64,000 bases of DNA from Octopus sinensis (taxonomy: Eukaryota), in assembly GCF_006345805.1 (NCBI RefSeq), contig NC_043004.1:105400001-105464000 (forward strand). Direction: 5' to 3'. The notes beneath the pieces are model-generated. The model saw only the letters and a list, made by a program, of their open reading frames with translations. It made no database searches and was not told the origin of the DNA. The position numbers were made by a program, and so were the translations under genes. Of the stretch, positions 62,875 through 64,000 are shown in pieces (positions within the stretch are counted from its first letter, which is position 1; each line of letters starts with the position of its first letter).

Positions 62875-63724
62875 ATATATATATACACATATACATTTAC
62901 CATAAAAACCCATGTAATTTGTGCACCTGTGAATTACACAGGTGATTTTCAGGATAAAAATTTTTAAATAAACTTCTATGTGTAAAATCACACCCAAAAG
63001 TTTACAGAATTGCCGATTATGGCCAGGGGAAAAATGTTTTCAATTTATTTGTGTTTAGCAGAATTTCACTTACTTATGATTAGATTTTATTAAATTTTCA
63101 CTAAATAAAAATAATTCTGTTCAAACAGGTATCACATTGAAAGCTATAAATTACAAAGTGTTTGTTTTCTTTATGATAAACTTTATTTTACATTTCTTAC
63201 CCACAAGAGATTATATCCGATCTTTAGCATATGTTCTTCTCAAATCACGATCGCAGGCAAAGTTGTTATAATTCTTATCAACAAAACCCAAAAAAACTGA
63301 TAAATATGCACAAGTGTTGCAAAATAAGTTTAATTACCAATAAACATCAGTTTGGATGACACTTTACTCAACTGACAGAGGAAAGGTGACTGATGTGAAA
63401 CTGATTATGTGAACAGAATTCTAATTGGTTGAAAGTGCCTTCTTGTCTCAAGCTCTGATTTTGCTTTTCTTGTCAGAACCTTTGATACTGGAGTATCGAA
63501 ATTTCACACTTATAAAATTGTCAAGCAAACTTTAAAATTTGTCATTACTGTTTTAGCCAGGGGACCAAACTGATAGTTTTAACCCCCTAAAATAAACATT
63601 AGAAATCAAAAAGAGAAAATAAACAGCTTCGCAAGTTTAACTCAGTGTTTATTGAACAAGAAGGTGCGAAGTTTAAGAAGCGACTTGTTAGATGTTACAC
63701 GTCTGTGAGGAGACATAAACAAGA

Positions 63725-63824
63725 NNNNNNNNNNNNNNNNNNNNNNNNNNNNNNNNNNNNNNNNNNNNNNNNNNNNNNNNNNNNNNNNNNNNNNNNNNNN
63801 NNNNNNNNNNNNNNNNNNNNNNNN
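63725..63824. other. Assembly gap (100 N)
   Basis: Run of N. Confidence 1.
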
Positions 63825-64000
63825 AAAATTTTTTAAATAAACTTCTACTTGTGTAAAATTCACACCCAAAGTTTACAGAATTGCCGATATGGCCAGGGGA
63901 AAAATGGTTTTCAATTTATTTGTGTTTAGCAGAATTTCACTTACTTATGATTAGATTTTATTAAATTTTCACTAAATAAAAATAATTTCTGTTCAACAGG
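63825..64000 (+). repeat. Near-identical repeat of 62957-63129 immediately after the gap
   Basis: Same sequence with small indels (e.g. cttctatgtg versus cttctacttgtg). Confidence 0.9.

Overview
This is AT-rich, repeat-dominated eukaryotic genomic DNA, most likely intronic or intergenic sequence from an octopod cephalopod. That organism call is an inference from the very dense (TA)n/(TATG)n/(CA)n microsatellites and the SINE/RTE families; no search was run. No intact long protein-coding gene is visible, and nearly all ORF-track entries are microsatellite artefacts or transposon fragments. Recognisable elements include a ~4.4 kb 5'-truncated, frameshifted RTE-clade LINE (53.8-58.2 kb) with many shorter relatives. 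Also present are CR1-clade RT 3' fragments, R4/Dong-type RLE fragments clustered at (TAA)n arrays, several tRNA-headed SINE families, maT/DD37D, mariner and pogo-like DNA transposon derivatives, and a Helitron-like element. Some small plus-strand exon candidates may belong to two unidentified host genes. There are local tandem duplications, some probably assembly artefacts, and one 100-N gap. The most striking signal is about 10 type-I hammerhead-ribozyme motifs of the kind associated with Penelope-like elements and retrozymes. One (44.84-44.94 kb) has a canonical core and GUC site but is preceded by a near-perfect 25-28 nt antisense arm that should fold it into an alternative inactive hairpin, a candidate self-inhibited or switchable ribozyme. 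All RNA folds were done by eye, and many repeat boundaries are approximate.
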